A stretch of DNA of 62,155 nucleotides, filler included, from Vannella sp. (lineage: Eukaryota), in assembly GCA_023345925.1 (NCBI GenBank). It is 7 parts of 7 records of this genome, joined end to end, with 100 filler letters (N's around TTAATTAATTAA, not from the genome) between each part and the next. Parts side by side here need not be neighbours in the genome. Positions count along the whole stretch, not along the records: positions 26,249 to 41,031 come from JAJQQN010000648.1; positions 41,132 to 50,464 come from JAJQQN010000756.1; 5 more parts are not named here. The stretch is one strand, 5' to 3'. The notes beneath the pieces were generated by a model. The model made no database searches and had not been told where the DNA came from. It saw only the letters and a program-made list of their open reading frames with translations. Below are positions 36,889 to 46,874 of the stretch, one piece after another. Position numbers and translations under genes: made by a program. The first letter of the stretch is position 1. The number at the start of each line of letters is the position of its first letter.

Positions 36889-38383
36889 ATGGAAGAGAGG
36901 GGAGAAGGGTGGAAGAGGACTGCTCTCTGTGGGGCCGCCTTTGTAGTGTTAGCGGGTACAGCATCCTTAGCATTTATGATCATGAGACGAAGATCAAGAT
37001 CAGTGAAGGTAGACAGTCTGGGGGAGGAGGAGGAGGAGAGCTTCTCAACACAACAGATTCTCGAGATGTTGGAGCTCGCACATGCCCTCCAGTCACACAA
37101 CCGCTTTACTGAGTCAGCTTCAATCCTCGAACGAATAGAGCTCTTTGGGAGACGTGTCGGTGCATTGAATGAGGTCGAGGAGATCGGAAAGGGAGCTTTC
37201 TCGTGTTACGTGCGCGCAGGGAGACTTGAGCAAGCTTACCAGACCGGAATGAGGAGAGCTGGATCCCTTACTGACATCTCTCAAAAGATAGACTTAGAAG
37301 CCGTCCTTCTGGAAGTCGCCGTCATCGCCCGTTTACCGATTGCAAAAGAGCATTTGGAACGTCTCCAGATTGAGGCAAGAGCCCTTCCCAGCCCCAAGTC
37401 AGGGATCTTCCTAGCGAGATTTGAAGGTGAGGAGGCGGTGTATAGTGGCTACCAAACTAACTCGCCTTCGCGCAGTGGAGCGAGCGAGGATTTCTTTTCA
37501 GGAGAACAACTTTGTCGCTGCATTGGACATTGCGAAGGAAGGGGTGAAGAAGAGCTTGGAGATCTTCAATTCTGACAACACAGGGGACTCATTTGGTGCC
37601 CTACTCAATGCGTATCTCATGGTGGAGCAGGTATTCATTGCTCAAGGCCATCCTGAACGAGCAGAGCGAGTCATTGCGGATGAAGTGGAGGAGATTAACT
37701 TTCAAGGCGAAATGGAATTAGCCATCCTATTCAAACACCACTTGCAAAAGCTTGCCAACTTGTACTACCAGTACGACTTTGTAGAGTTTGCAGAGACAGT
37801 TTGGAATCGCATCGTGGGAGAGTATGATGGCCTACTGGCCCAGGTCGATTGGAAAGTGGAAGTCGAGGAGGAGTCTCTGGAGCATCACCGGATCATGTTG
37901 GCCAGTAAGGCTCACAATGGCTTGGGACACTTGTATTTGAATCAAGGTAAAAGTGAAGAGGCAATGGCTCACTTTTCTCTCTTTGAGAAGGAGGGCTTCC
38001 TTTTCCAAACAGTGTCCAAGTATTTTGAAACAGTAGCTACCACTTTAATCGTGACACCAAATGATTCGTCCATTGCTACATGCCAGTTTGTGTTGGAGGT
38101 TGGGCTGAATAATAGGTCAATCATCTTCCCAGGAATGAAAGTGCGAATGATCATTGAGTCTCCCGACGGCACTTTGGAAGAGACTGCCTTTGAAGTGGTG
38201 GACCTGAGCTTACAAATAGTTTCATTGCGCAGTGTAGTGAGAACTTCGGTAACTCAAGGCCAATACATCATTACTGCTGAGTTAAGTGACGAAACTACGG
38301 GTGAAATCTACAAACATCGCCAGTCTCATTTCCTTTCCCGAAACATTTCGCCTGACACAGCCATCGCAGACCTAATGAATTAA
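36889..38383 (+). CDS. N-terminally anchored TPR-like helical protein
   Basis: TM ALCGAAFVVLAGTASLAFMIM; AHNGLGHLYLNQGKSEEAMAHF; two ORFs joined by an intron near 37430-37475. Confidence 0.65.
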
Positions 38384-38500
38384 CATATACTTGGACTTCT
38401 ATCTCCTAAGTAGCTCCTAATCATGGATCATCTGTTGAAGAAAAGTGACTTGGACGACCAGAACTCTATTCGCAGTCGGAACTAATCTTAGGAGGAGCAT

Positions 38501-39466
38501 TTATACCAGATTATCACGATTGTGAATGCGGAAGAGGACGCGAATGTAATCTGGCCTATTTTCTACAATCTGAAGAATAGTGCCGTTGAGGGAGGCCAGT
38601 CCCTCCCGATGGGGATCGATTTCGCCATTGACCAAACGAGAAACCGTGCTCTTGTTGCGTAAAAGCTGGGGATGCGCATGCTTTCCGATGGTCTTGTTGC
38701 CTCGTGGATGCGGGAGCTGGCGGTACTGGCCGATTATGAAGGGAATCTTCACAATCTCCAGTGAACTCAGTTTCACACGGTTGTACATGTCCGTGTCCTG
38801 AGCTCCCCATGACCAATACAGATTGGACCATCCTCCACAGAGGATCTGGTGTTGACTTTGCGTGATGAAGACTCCTCCCACACTCGGCTCAGCATCATTG
38901 CGGTGATCGTTCGTGGAAAGGTGTGTTGGTTGGGCTGGAAAGTTGTATGGAATGGGTGTTTTGGTGAATGGGAGATAGTCTACGTCATGGAAGACAACGT
39001 AATCGCACATGGAGAACGAGAATACGAACCCAAGGTTCAGGATTGCTCCCCTGTTGAAGAGGAGGCTCCCCTGCTCTTGCTCTGCAATGATGAAGATATG
39101 AGGAATACTTCTCTCGGTAAGGAATCTACTCATGAACGGGTAGAACTGTTGTAAGTGCTGTTCTCGCTTCCTTCCGTTGTTGTCCTCGTCAAGAGTGTCC
39201 CGAAAGGGCACAATCACGCACAGTTTGTGGATGTCAGAGACTCTAGGAGAGTCTCTCCATGCCTGTGATGGATGAAGCCAGAGAGGCAAAGTATGGACGT
39301 TGATCTCGGAGGTACGAAGAGGATCGAAGTCCTCTCCAACCTCGGTGGCGAGAGCAGGGGCAGAGTGATCCTGTGCGAAGATATATAAGACGATAAAGCC
39401 ACTACCGAAGAGTAGTACGAAGAGCATCCATCGCAGAAAGGGGGGAGAGGCACGCCTCCTCCTCAT
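38501..39466 (-). CDS. GT7 beta-1,4-galactosyltransferase-like type II membrane protein
   Basis: N-terminal TM, VIVPFRD, FNRGAILNLG, FHDVDYLP, VGGV, GWSNLYWSWGAQDTD. Confidence 0.9.
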   Translation of the reverse strand: MRRRRASPPFLRWMLFVLLFGSGFIVLYIFAQDHSAPALATEVGEDFDPLRTSEINVHTLPLWLHPSQAWRDSPRVSDIHKLCVIVPFRDTLDEDNNGRKREQHLQQFYPFMSRFLTERSIPHIFIIAEQEQGSLLFNRGAILNLGFVFSFSMCDYVVFHDVDYLPFTKTPIPYNFPAQPTHLSTNDHRNDAEPSVGGVFITQSQHQILCGGWSNLYWSWGAQDTDMYNRVKLSSLEIVKIPFIIGQYRQLPHPRGNKTIGKHAHPQLLRNKSTVSRLVNGEIDPHREGLASLNGTILQIVENRPDYIRVLFRIHNRDNLV

Positions 39467-39533
39467 CGACCCCAGATATTATCGAGATATTTTCGGATCT
39501 TCGCTCTGAGGGGATCAGTTTTTTTTCATTTTC

Positions 39534-40373
39534 ATGCTCGAGCTTACTTACTACGCGGCCAGAGGAACCTGCGATCCCATTCGACTCCTTCTTGCTGAGC
39601 TGGGAGTGTCTTACCAAGAGAACATTATCTCTGGGTATGATTTTGCGGACATCGCCGACGGCATCGAATTTGGCACTCTCCCTCTTCTCCGTAAGTTGGG
39701 AGTCCACTTCTCTCTCCCTCTCAGAAGCTCATTGTTGCGAAGAGGACGCTGACCTACGCCTTGTGGGACATAACACCATTTTCCGGTACTTGTCCTCCCG
39801 CTTTGGTACTTTTTATCTCCTTCTCGCAGTAGCTTTTCTGATCATTGTTCAAGGATTGTCCGGAGGTACCCCCAAGGAGCACGCACTTTGTGACATGTGG
39901 ATCGAGGTAGGTGTCTCCAAAAGACTGTGTGCCAAGCTGATGGAAGTGATGACAGGTCTGTGATGACACGCTTAAGGAGTTCTGGAAAGCAGATTTTATG
40001 AAAAAGGTGGGATTCCTGACTGAAAGTGATTCCGCTTACAATTGTTGGAAAGGACTCTCTGTACCCTAGCAACCCTCTCCGCCTTTCGTTCGTGGACAAG
40101 TATCTAGTGCCCCAGGTACGTTTCATTGAGACAGGGTGAGTCTGACCTTTCCAGTTGGCCAAGATTTGTCAGATGCTGAGTGTGAGAACCACCCCTTGGA
40201 TTGTGGGAAATCGCCTCTCGTGCGCAGAGATCGCACTTTTCTCTCTCTTAGATAACCTCATGAGAGAACTTGAGGTCGTTGTGCGCAGCTTCTCTCTCCT
40301 TAGTGACTTGCACGCTGAGATGCTGTCCCGTTCTAGGATTAGACAGTTCTGCGATGGCCCCAACCGGTATTAA
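39534..40373 (+). CDS. Glutathione S-transferase, multi-exon
   Basis: LTYYAARGTCDPIRLLLAE, FGTLPLL, TIFRYL, WIVGNRLSCAEIALF. Confidence 0.88.
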
Positions 40374-40634
40374 TCAAGTCGCGATAAAAGAGAAGAAGAA
40401 TTCTCTTTCCCCAACTTCCCTGGCTTACCAATGAGGGTCTCACTCTGGGTGGACAGGGATAAACAGTCCGTATTTATCGAACTGGAGTACTCGAGAACTG
40501 AAAACCCCATCCATGAAGAGACAGAGGTCATCATGAGAAACTCGACAAGGCAAGTTGAATGATGTGTTTGGGATTCATCTTCCACCTTCACTTAAGTACC
40601 TGATATTGGATCAGCGCTTTATGATTCCAAGAAT

Positions 40635-41031
40635 CTATTGCTCAAGGAGATGATCCCGGTTGTGGATGCGGAATTGGACGCGGAAGAAATCTTCTCTTTG
40701 TTCGACGATCTGAAGAATTGTTCCATTCATGGATGCCAGCCCTTCCGTTTGAGGGTCGATCTTGCCCTCTAAGAGGCGAAGAAGCGTCCAGTGATTGTGA
40801 GCCAACTGTGGATTGTCGATTTCACCAATGGTTTTGTTTCCTCTTGGATGGAGTAATTGGCGGTATTGGCCCAAGATTAGGGGAGCTTTCACGACTTCCA
40901 TGGAGGCGAGCTTCACTCGGTGGTACATATCAACGTCCTCCCACCCCCAAGACCAATACAGATTGGACCATCCTCCACAGGCGACCTGATGTCGAGTTTG
41001 TGTGATAAATACCCCGCCAAGGGTGACATCT
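40635..41031 (-). CDS. Second GT7 paralogue, 3' part (truncated by contig end)
   Basis: LGGVFITQ..CGGWSNLYWSWGWEDVDMYHRVK...FRIHNRD, collinear with 38501-38880. Confidence 0.88.
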
Positions 41032-41131
41032 NNNNNNNNNNNNNNNNNNNNNNNNNNNNNNNNNNNNNNNNNNNNTTAATTAATTAANNNNNNNNNNNNN
41101 NNNNNNNNNNNNNNNNNNNNNNNNNNNNNNN
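41032..41131. other. Artificial contig linker
   Basis: N-run with TTAATTAATTAA. Confidence 0.99.
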
Positions 41132-41234
41132 AATAGATTTGATATCCCATAATGGAAAGTGGTTATTTTGGTTTCGCTTGGTTGGTGGAGGTTCTTTTCA
41201 TACTCCACCGACAGCTCTCGTCCTCCGCAGCTTT

Positions 41235-41635
41235 ATGTCATTGGACCTTGAGAACCTTCGCGCAAAGGACCCTTTTAACGACGATTGGAACGACGATGAA
41301 GTAGTTGCCACTCAGTCCAGCCTTGTTCACATCAGAATTCAACAAAGAAACGGACGAAAGACCCTGACCACCTGCCAAGGTATCCCCGCTCAATTTGACC
41401 TGCCTCGCATCATGAAGGCCTTCAAAAAGGTATGTTACATGTGCTACAGAGGGGGTAGAAGAGAAGAGAAGGCTCATCCCCAACACAGAAGTTCAGCACG
41501 AACGGCAATATCGTGGAGGATCCTGAGATGGGTAAAGTCATCCAGGTACAAGGAGACCAACGAGAGAACATCAAGTCGTTCCTTGTGAGCGAGGGGATGG
41601 TCGAGGCCTCCAAGATCAAGATTCACGGGTTCTAA
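41235..41635 (+). CDS. SUI1: Translation initiation factor eIF1/SUI1, one intron
   Basis: VHIRIQQRNGRKTLTT, QVQGDQR, IKIHGF. Confidence 0.97.
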
Positions 41636-41891
41636 CCTCAAGTGAACCGCTTGTGTTTTGTAAACAACCAAAACAAGACTTTGTTCGATCAGGTTTCTTC
41701 AATCTCCGAAGTGAGATGGGTGAGGCGCTCATCATGTGCTCTTCCATCCCCTTGGGCTTTTGAGCTTCTGTGGTGCTTTGAGGGAAAGTTGAGCTGCCAC
41801 TTCTCCAGATGAGAGCTTAGCTCGTTGTCTAGAAAATTGGAGTGAAGGGAGAGGAGGTCGAGGTGAGGCATTCGTTCATTTCCTCGAAGTG

Positions 41892-42674
41892 ATGGCTACA
41901 GGTTGGAACGAAAGGTTCGATAAGTTATCGGAGTTTGAGCTGGAGCGAGTCTCGTTCTATACAGGGGAGAGATACTCTCTGTTGGAGGAAGCTGGCAAGT
42001 ACAACTGCGCGCGCTGTGGGACCACTGTGTACACCTCGGACAACAAGTTCGTCCCCACTGCGCCTCTGAACGATTTTGCGAGCTTCAGAGAGCCCGCTAC
42101 ACCTAATGCAGTGGAGTCAAAAAGGTCGTATTCCTTTGGGATGAAGAGAACAGAGGCCCTGTGTGGCCAGTGCCATCTTCATCTTGGTTACGTGTTCCCT
42201 GATGGAGCCAAGAGCGGGGACAGTCATCCTTCTGCCTCGGAAAGGCACTGTGTCCTATCTATCTGCTTGAACTTTGTTCCTACCGACTCTTCGTCCTCTA
42301 TTGCAGTTCCCGCGTTCAGCACGGAGCCATCAGTGGTGCTGGATCACTTGCAAGAGCAGGATCGCAGGGCCCAGGAGATCATAGACGCTGGCGATGCAGT
42401 GCAATTGGAAGCTCAAGCTCCTGCTGCTGCGCCCTCTGAACCTTCCGTCAGTCCGCAGACTAAGACCGAGGGGAAGAAGGAAAAGGTGAAGGAGGAACCC
42501 AAGACTGCTTCACAAACTCGTGGTGCGCCGCCTCCCAAAGAGGATAAGAAGAAGGGCAAGAAGGAGGAGGCCAATACCACCAACCTCTCTCGCGTAATCG
42601 TGGCACCCCTCGTGCTCACCCTGATCGGCAGCGTGATCTTCTACTTTGCTTACAAGTCTTCCAAGAAGGATTGA
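41892..42674 (+). CDS. MsrB/SelR-domain protein with a C-terminal TM anchor
   Basis: YNCARCG, KF, GMKRTEALCGQCHLHLGYVFPDG, RHCVLS; tail VIVAPLVLTLIGSVIFYFAY-KSSKKD. Confidence 0.85.
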   Translation: MATGWNERFDKLSEFELERVSFYTGERYSLLEEAGKYNCARCGTTVYTSDNKFVPTAPLNDFASFREPATPNAVESKRSYSFGMKRTEALCGQCHLHLGYVFPDGAKSGDSHPSASERHCVLSICLNFVPTDSSSSIAVPAFSTEPSVVLDHLQEQDRRAQEIIDAGDAVQLEAQAPAAAPSEPSVSPQTKTEGKKEKVKEEPKTASQTRGAPPPKEDKKKGKKEEANTTNLSRVIVAPLVLTLIGSVIFYFAYKSSKKD

Positions 42675-42894
42675 GGCGAGCTATAAACGACAGTCTACAA
42701 GACGACGGGATTGCAGCAGTGGTCGTCTCAAGTGGCCCCGTCGGCTTTGTCCACGCAAAGTTACTGTGGACACTTTTCGAGAAAAGACACTGTCTTTTGG
42801 TTTAGATGTTCTTCGGTTATGGTTACAGTTTCAGAAGTGGACTGGAGGGAGAGTTCAAACCAACTCCACAAAAAGGGGACGAGGAATCCAGAAT

Positions 42895-43599
42895 TCACTT
42901 CTGCACAACCTCGAGGTAGAGAGCCTCCGCCTCAGGAGAGACCACGAGGTGTTTGTAGGCGCAAAAGGCTGAAAGGGCAACTTCATGGCCTTCTCGCGAC
43001 TCCAGCTCGCGAAAGGGAGCCATCGAACCCACACCAAGCTCGGTGAGGACCGTTTCAGTTTGATAGAGAACCCAGAAGTGCCAGAAAGTCTTCCACGTCA
43101 AAACAGGAACGAACATGAAGGGACACAGACCACTCAGCTGCCCTCCGATCACTAAAACGCTGGGGAGGAGCACTTGGTTGATCCGATACGATCGCACTTC
43201 CTCGTCTGTTTGAGGCCGAGACACGAGTTCAGGGCGTTGTTCTACTAGAGTGTAAGCACGTTTGGTCCCAAAGGTACGGAGACGATAGAGCCAGGAAGCC
43301 CCATCGAAGACCATCATGAAAGCCAAGGCCGCAGTGCACCGGATGGCAATCTTCCGCGGTACTAAAGAGTTCTCGGTAGCTCTCACACTGGCCCAGAAGT
43401 AGGTACTTGCAAGGACAGGGAGAGTCACCCCAACAACATGCGCCATCCCCGCCCATTCCGTCACACTTCGAGGTAAACGCTCAGCCTTTGGGAATGAGAC
43501 AAGAGAAGTATCTGCTGACACACTCCTTGATCGAGAGCCAGAGATGGCGTGAAATGAGAAGGCCCCGCCGATCAATCCCGCAGTTAGCACTCTCCTCAT
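42895..43599 (-). CDS. Hypothetical membrane protein, possibly mitochondrial
   Basis: 234-aa ORF with a presequence-like start and several hydrophobic segments. Confidence 0.55.
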   Translation of the reverse strand: MRRVLTAGLIGGAFSFHAISGSRSRSVSADTSLVSFPKAERLPRSVTEWAGMAHVVGVTLPVLASTYFWASVRATENSLVPRKIAIRCTAALAFMMVFDGASWLYRLRTFGTKRAYTLVEQRPELVSRPQTDEEVRSYRINQVLLPSVLVIGGQLSGLCPFMFVPVLTWKTFWHFWVLYQTETVLTELGVGSMAPFRELESREGHEVALSAFCAYKHLVVSPEAEALYLEVVQK

Positions 43600-43678
43600 G
43601 ACAGGATCCCAAATAATACTTGCGTCACTGGAATAAAGTCAAACTACAATTTCTCGTCAACGAATGCGGGCCGATTAC

Positions 43679-43698
43679 TCATGATGACGTCATCATGA
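43679..43698. promoter_or_regulatory. Perfect 20-bp palindrome with a CRE core (TGACGTCA) in a divergent promoter
   Basis: tcatgatgacgtcatcatga. Confidence 0.55.
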
Positions 43699-43780
43699 CC
43701 AAAGTGGTGAAACACAACCAACCAGCTTCGACCATTCTCGCTAACCCAAGGAACGTTCAGGGGCTGCCTGTTTCAGCGAT

Positions 43781-44917
43781 ATGTCGAGTTATCCTCCTCG
43801 TCGAGTTGGCACTTTCATTCCTCTGAGCTCTAAACCACTCCAAAGCCAATCGATGGGTAACCTCTTCTCTAAGAAAGCACTTCTTCGCTTTGTGATGGAC
43901 AGGAACCCTCCTAAGACGATCTGCCCACCTATCATATCTCCAAAGAGAGCTGACATACAAGCTATGTGGGAAGAGGAGGAGGATGACGACTACTCGCTTC
44001 CAAACCCGCTCACACCAAGACGTCCGTCCCAAACAGCCACGCACCTGTCGGACATGCGCGAGACGGATGATGAAGAGCTTCCTGAGACTCGCTATGAGTG
44101 GACTGATGTCATCTTGGGAAAGGGAGAGCTCAGTGTTGTCCACAAAGCGACTTGCCGCAATACTTTAAGAAATGTCGCCATCAAGCGAGTACCTCCAGCC
44201 TCCCTCAATCCCAAACGAGTACAACGGCTATACAAGGAAGCGGCTATCCTCAGCAAGGTCACCCACTTCGAACGAGAGCGCTACTTTGTTCACCTTCAGG
44301 AGGCATTCATTGATCACCAAGGAGGCGTCTGCCTCGTGATGGACATGGTAGAAGGCAAAGAGATGTACGAACTGCTTCAGAGGTTCCCTCGAGGACTGCC
44401 AGAGTCCGAGGCGCGCCACTTCCTTCGCCAAATCTTCGAAGCTGTGGAGGACCTGCATCAGAACGATCTGGTTCACCTTGATCTCAAGTTAGAGAACATC
44501 ATGTACAACGAGGAGACTCAAGATATCAAGATCATCGACTTTGGCTTCTCAGAAGAGAGCACAGCCACTGATGTGTCCACGGGGAAGTCCTCCCGTAAGC
44601 TTCAAACGAGCTACTGTGGCTCGTTGGACTACTCTGCTCCAGAGATCCTCCAACATCAACCATTCGATGGTAAACGAGCAGACGTGTGGTCGCTAGGTGT
44701 CCTCACCTTCGTGCTTCTTACTGGAGAGTTTCCTTTCGAGGGGAGGAGGCGCCCTCAGACGTTGGAGAACATTGTCCGTTGTCAGTTTACTGTTCCTGAA
44801 CTGGTTTCAGATCGTGCCAGGTCTCTGATTCATCGCATGCTGCAGCGCTACCCTGATAACCGTTCAAACGTCTCCTCTCTTCTGCGGCACGCTTGGTTCA
44901 CTGCTGAGCACGTGTGA
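43781..44917 (+). CDS. Ser/Thr protein kinase, CAMK/AMPK-related group
   Basis: GKGELSVV, VAIK, HLDLKLEN, DFG, YCGSLDYSAPE, DVWSLGV. Confidence 0.92.
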   Translation: MSSYPPRRVGTFIPLSSKPLQSQSMGNLFSKKALLRFVMDRNPPKTICPPIISPKRADIQAMWEEEEDDDYSLPNPLTPRRPSQTATHLSDMRETDDEELPETRYEWTDVILGKGELSVVHKATCRNTLRNVAIKRVPPASLNPKRVQRLYKEAAILSKVTHFERERYFVHLQEAFIDHQGGVCLVMDMVEGKEMYELLQRFPRGLPESEARHFLRQIFEAVEDLHQNDLVHLDLKLENIMYNEETQDIKIIDFGFSEESTATDVSTGKSSRKLQTSYCGSLDYSAPEILQHQPFDGKRADVWSLGVLTFVLLTGEFPFEGRRRPQTLENIVRCQFTVPELVSDRARSLIHRMLQRYPDNRSNVSSLLRHAWFTAEHV

Positions 44918-44960
44918 GAGTTCTTGTTACTTGTATTATGATGTCTATAAAGTCTCCAAG

Positions 44961-45413
44961 CTAGGAGCTGTCGCTGTACTCGCCCCTGTAGAAGGCAACG
45001 TTGTTCACAGTCTCTTGCAGCTCTACCTCGAAGAGCAGGCCAAGGGGGAGACTCTCGTTAAGCTTGTTGAAGATGTAAACACTCAGGTTCTCTGCTGTGC
45101 TTGGTGTACCAGAGCGGAAGTGCTCCACATCGAGGTCAATGTTGCGGTGGTCCAACTCCTCCAGAACGAGCCGCATAGCTTCTTTCAGCGTGACTAGGTT
45201 GATCACCATCCCAGTACGCGGGTCCACCGCTCCTCGTAGAGTAGCTTTAACCACATAGTTGTGCCCATGACCGTGAGGATGGTTGCACTTGCCATAGATG
45301 TCCCGGTTGTCCTCCTCGCTTAACGAGGGGTTGTGCAATCGATGAGCAGACGAGAAGTGTTCTGTTCGCGAGATGTAACACAAAGGCGCGCCCCGTCCGG
45401 AAGTCCTGCTCAT
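44961..45413 (-). CDS. PTS: 6-pyruvoyl-tetrahydropterin synthase
   Basis: FSSAHRLH, GKCNHPHGHGHNY, TGMVINL, LDHRNID, STAEN. Confidence 0.96.
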   Translation of the reverse strand: MSRTSGRGAPLCYISRTEHFSSAHRLHNPSLSEEDNRDIYGKCNHPHGHGHNYVVKATLRGAVDPRTGMVINLVTLKEAMRLVLEELDHRNIDLDVEHFRSGTPSTAENLSVYIFNKLNESLPLGLLFEVELQETVNNVAFYRGEYSDSS

Positions 45414-45511
45414 TCCCAAATGACTTTCACGGACGGCAGCAGCTCTCTCTTTGGGTGGAGAACAAGGAGAAGAAGGGGAACGAACACTTTGGCCACTTTT
45501 TCGCCTCCGCT

Positions 45512-46573
45512 ATGCCGCTGAGCCTTCACACGCTCCTCCTCTCCCTTGAAGGGGACCTTTTGGCTTTTGGATTCAATAATGAGGGACAGCTTGGTCTTGG
45601 TTGTAAGGACGTCCAAGTTGCACCTGCAAAGGTACCTTGGAAGGGCCCGCAGCCGGTTCAGGTGGACTGTGGATTGGGGCACTCCCTTGTCCTTGATGAG
45701 GAAGGCGGTGTGTGGGAAGCTGGTCGCTCCCGGTCCTCTCCTTCGTCTCCTACCTTTAAGAGAGTTCTAGAAGTACCTCCCATGGTACTGGTGGCTGCTG
45801 GCGAGTCTCTCAGCGCTGCCATTGACATCGAGGGCGGCCTTTGGGTGTGGACAAGTCTAACCTATCTCCCTTGGGCGAGTTCTACTCCACAGCAAGTGAA
45901 AGGGATCCAACCACTTATCAAGGTGGCTTGCGCTTACGACTTCCTCGTGGCAGAGGCCGAAGGGGGAGACCTTTGGGTCTTGGGCAACAACTCGAACGGA
46001 CAACTGGGCCTCGGCCACCACGATAGCGCACTCCAACCGACTCTCCTGGAGGTAGAAGATCGTGCTGAAGGACCCCTTCGAAGCCTGGCTACTCTCTATC
46101 AAGGAGTAATCCTCATTGACGCGCAAGGAAGCGTCTTCTCCTCTGGATCCAACTCGAACGGCCAACTGGGGCGCTGTTCTGGGGACTTTTCGAAGCTCCA
46201 ACGAATCAAAGACATCCCTCCAATGCTAGGAGTCTCGTGTGGAAGCTATCACGCTCTCTCCTGGGACGAAAGTGGCGATGCTTGGGCGTGGGGATGGGGT
46301 GGATGTGGTCAATTGGGGACAGGAAGCGCTGCTAATCAAGTCCAACCTACTTCCGTCCCTGCATTGAAAGGAATAAGCGCCCTGGTCGCTATTGGGGACC
46401 ATTCTCTGGCCTTTAGGCAGGATGGCAGCCTTCTCTTTGGAGACAACGAACACGGACAACTTGGACTCAATCACACCAATCAAGTTTCCACTCCCACATT
46501 GTCTTCTCTTCCGTGTGTCTCTCTCTTCTTAGGGCCATGGCAAAGAAAGCAACAGAAGAGCGCTCGCTTTTGA
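45512..46573 (+). CDS. RCC1-repeat beta-propeller protein
   Basis: Repeated GxNxxGQLG and CGxxH motifs; intronless. Confidence 0.9.
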   Translation: MPLSLHTLLLSLEGDLLAFGFNNEGQLGLGCKDVQVAPAKVPWKGPQPVQVDCGLGHSLVLDEEGGVWEAGRSRSSPSSPTFKRVLEVPPMVLVAAGESLSAAIDIEGGLWVWTSLTYLPWASSTPQQVKGIQPLIKVACAYDFLVAEAEGGDLWVLGNNSNGQLGLGHHDSALQPTLLEVEDRAEGPLRSLATLYQGVILIDAQGSVFSSGSNSNGQLGRCSGDFSKLQRIKDIPPMLGVSCGSYHALSWDESGDAWAWGWGGCGQLGTGSAANQVQPTSVPALKGISALVAIGDHSLAFRQDGSLLFGDNEHGQLGLNHTNQVSTPTLSSLPCVSLFLGPWQRKQQKSARF

Positions 46574-46874
46574 GAAGAACGCATTCTCGTATCTCTCTAC
46601 ACCATCATTGAGGGTTATTCTCATCACCACCGCCATCTTGCACTGAAGCCGATGCCCCCTTTGTCGGACAAAGAACCATGCTTAGTTTCCTCTGCACAAT
46701 GAACTCTTTTTGGACTTAGTCCAACTTTCCAGGTTTTCAAAACTCGTTCTACTCTGACTCTGGTCATTTGTTTTCAACGCCCGTGTCCTTTGGCGCGTGG
46801 CACTATATACTGTGGACTCGCAGATCAATAATGATGAAGAGTTCGAGTTTAAGTGGGATGGATGATGGATAGGG

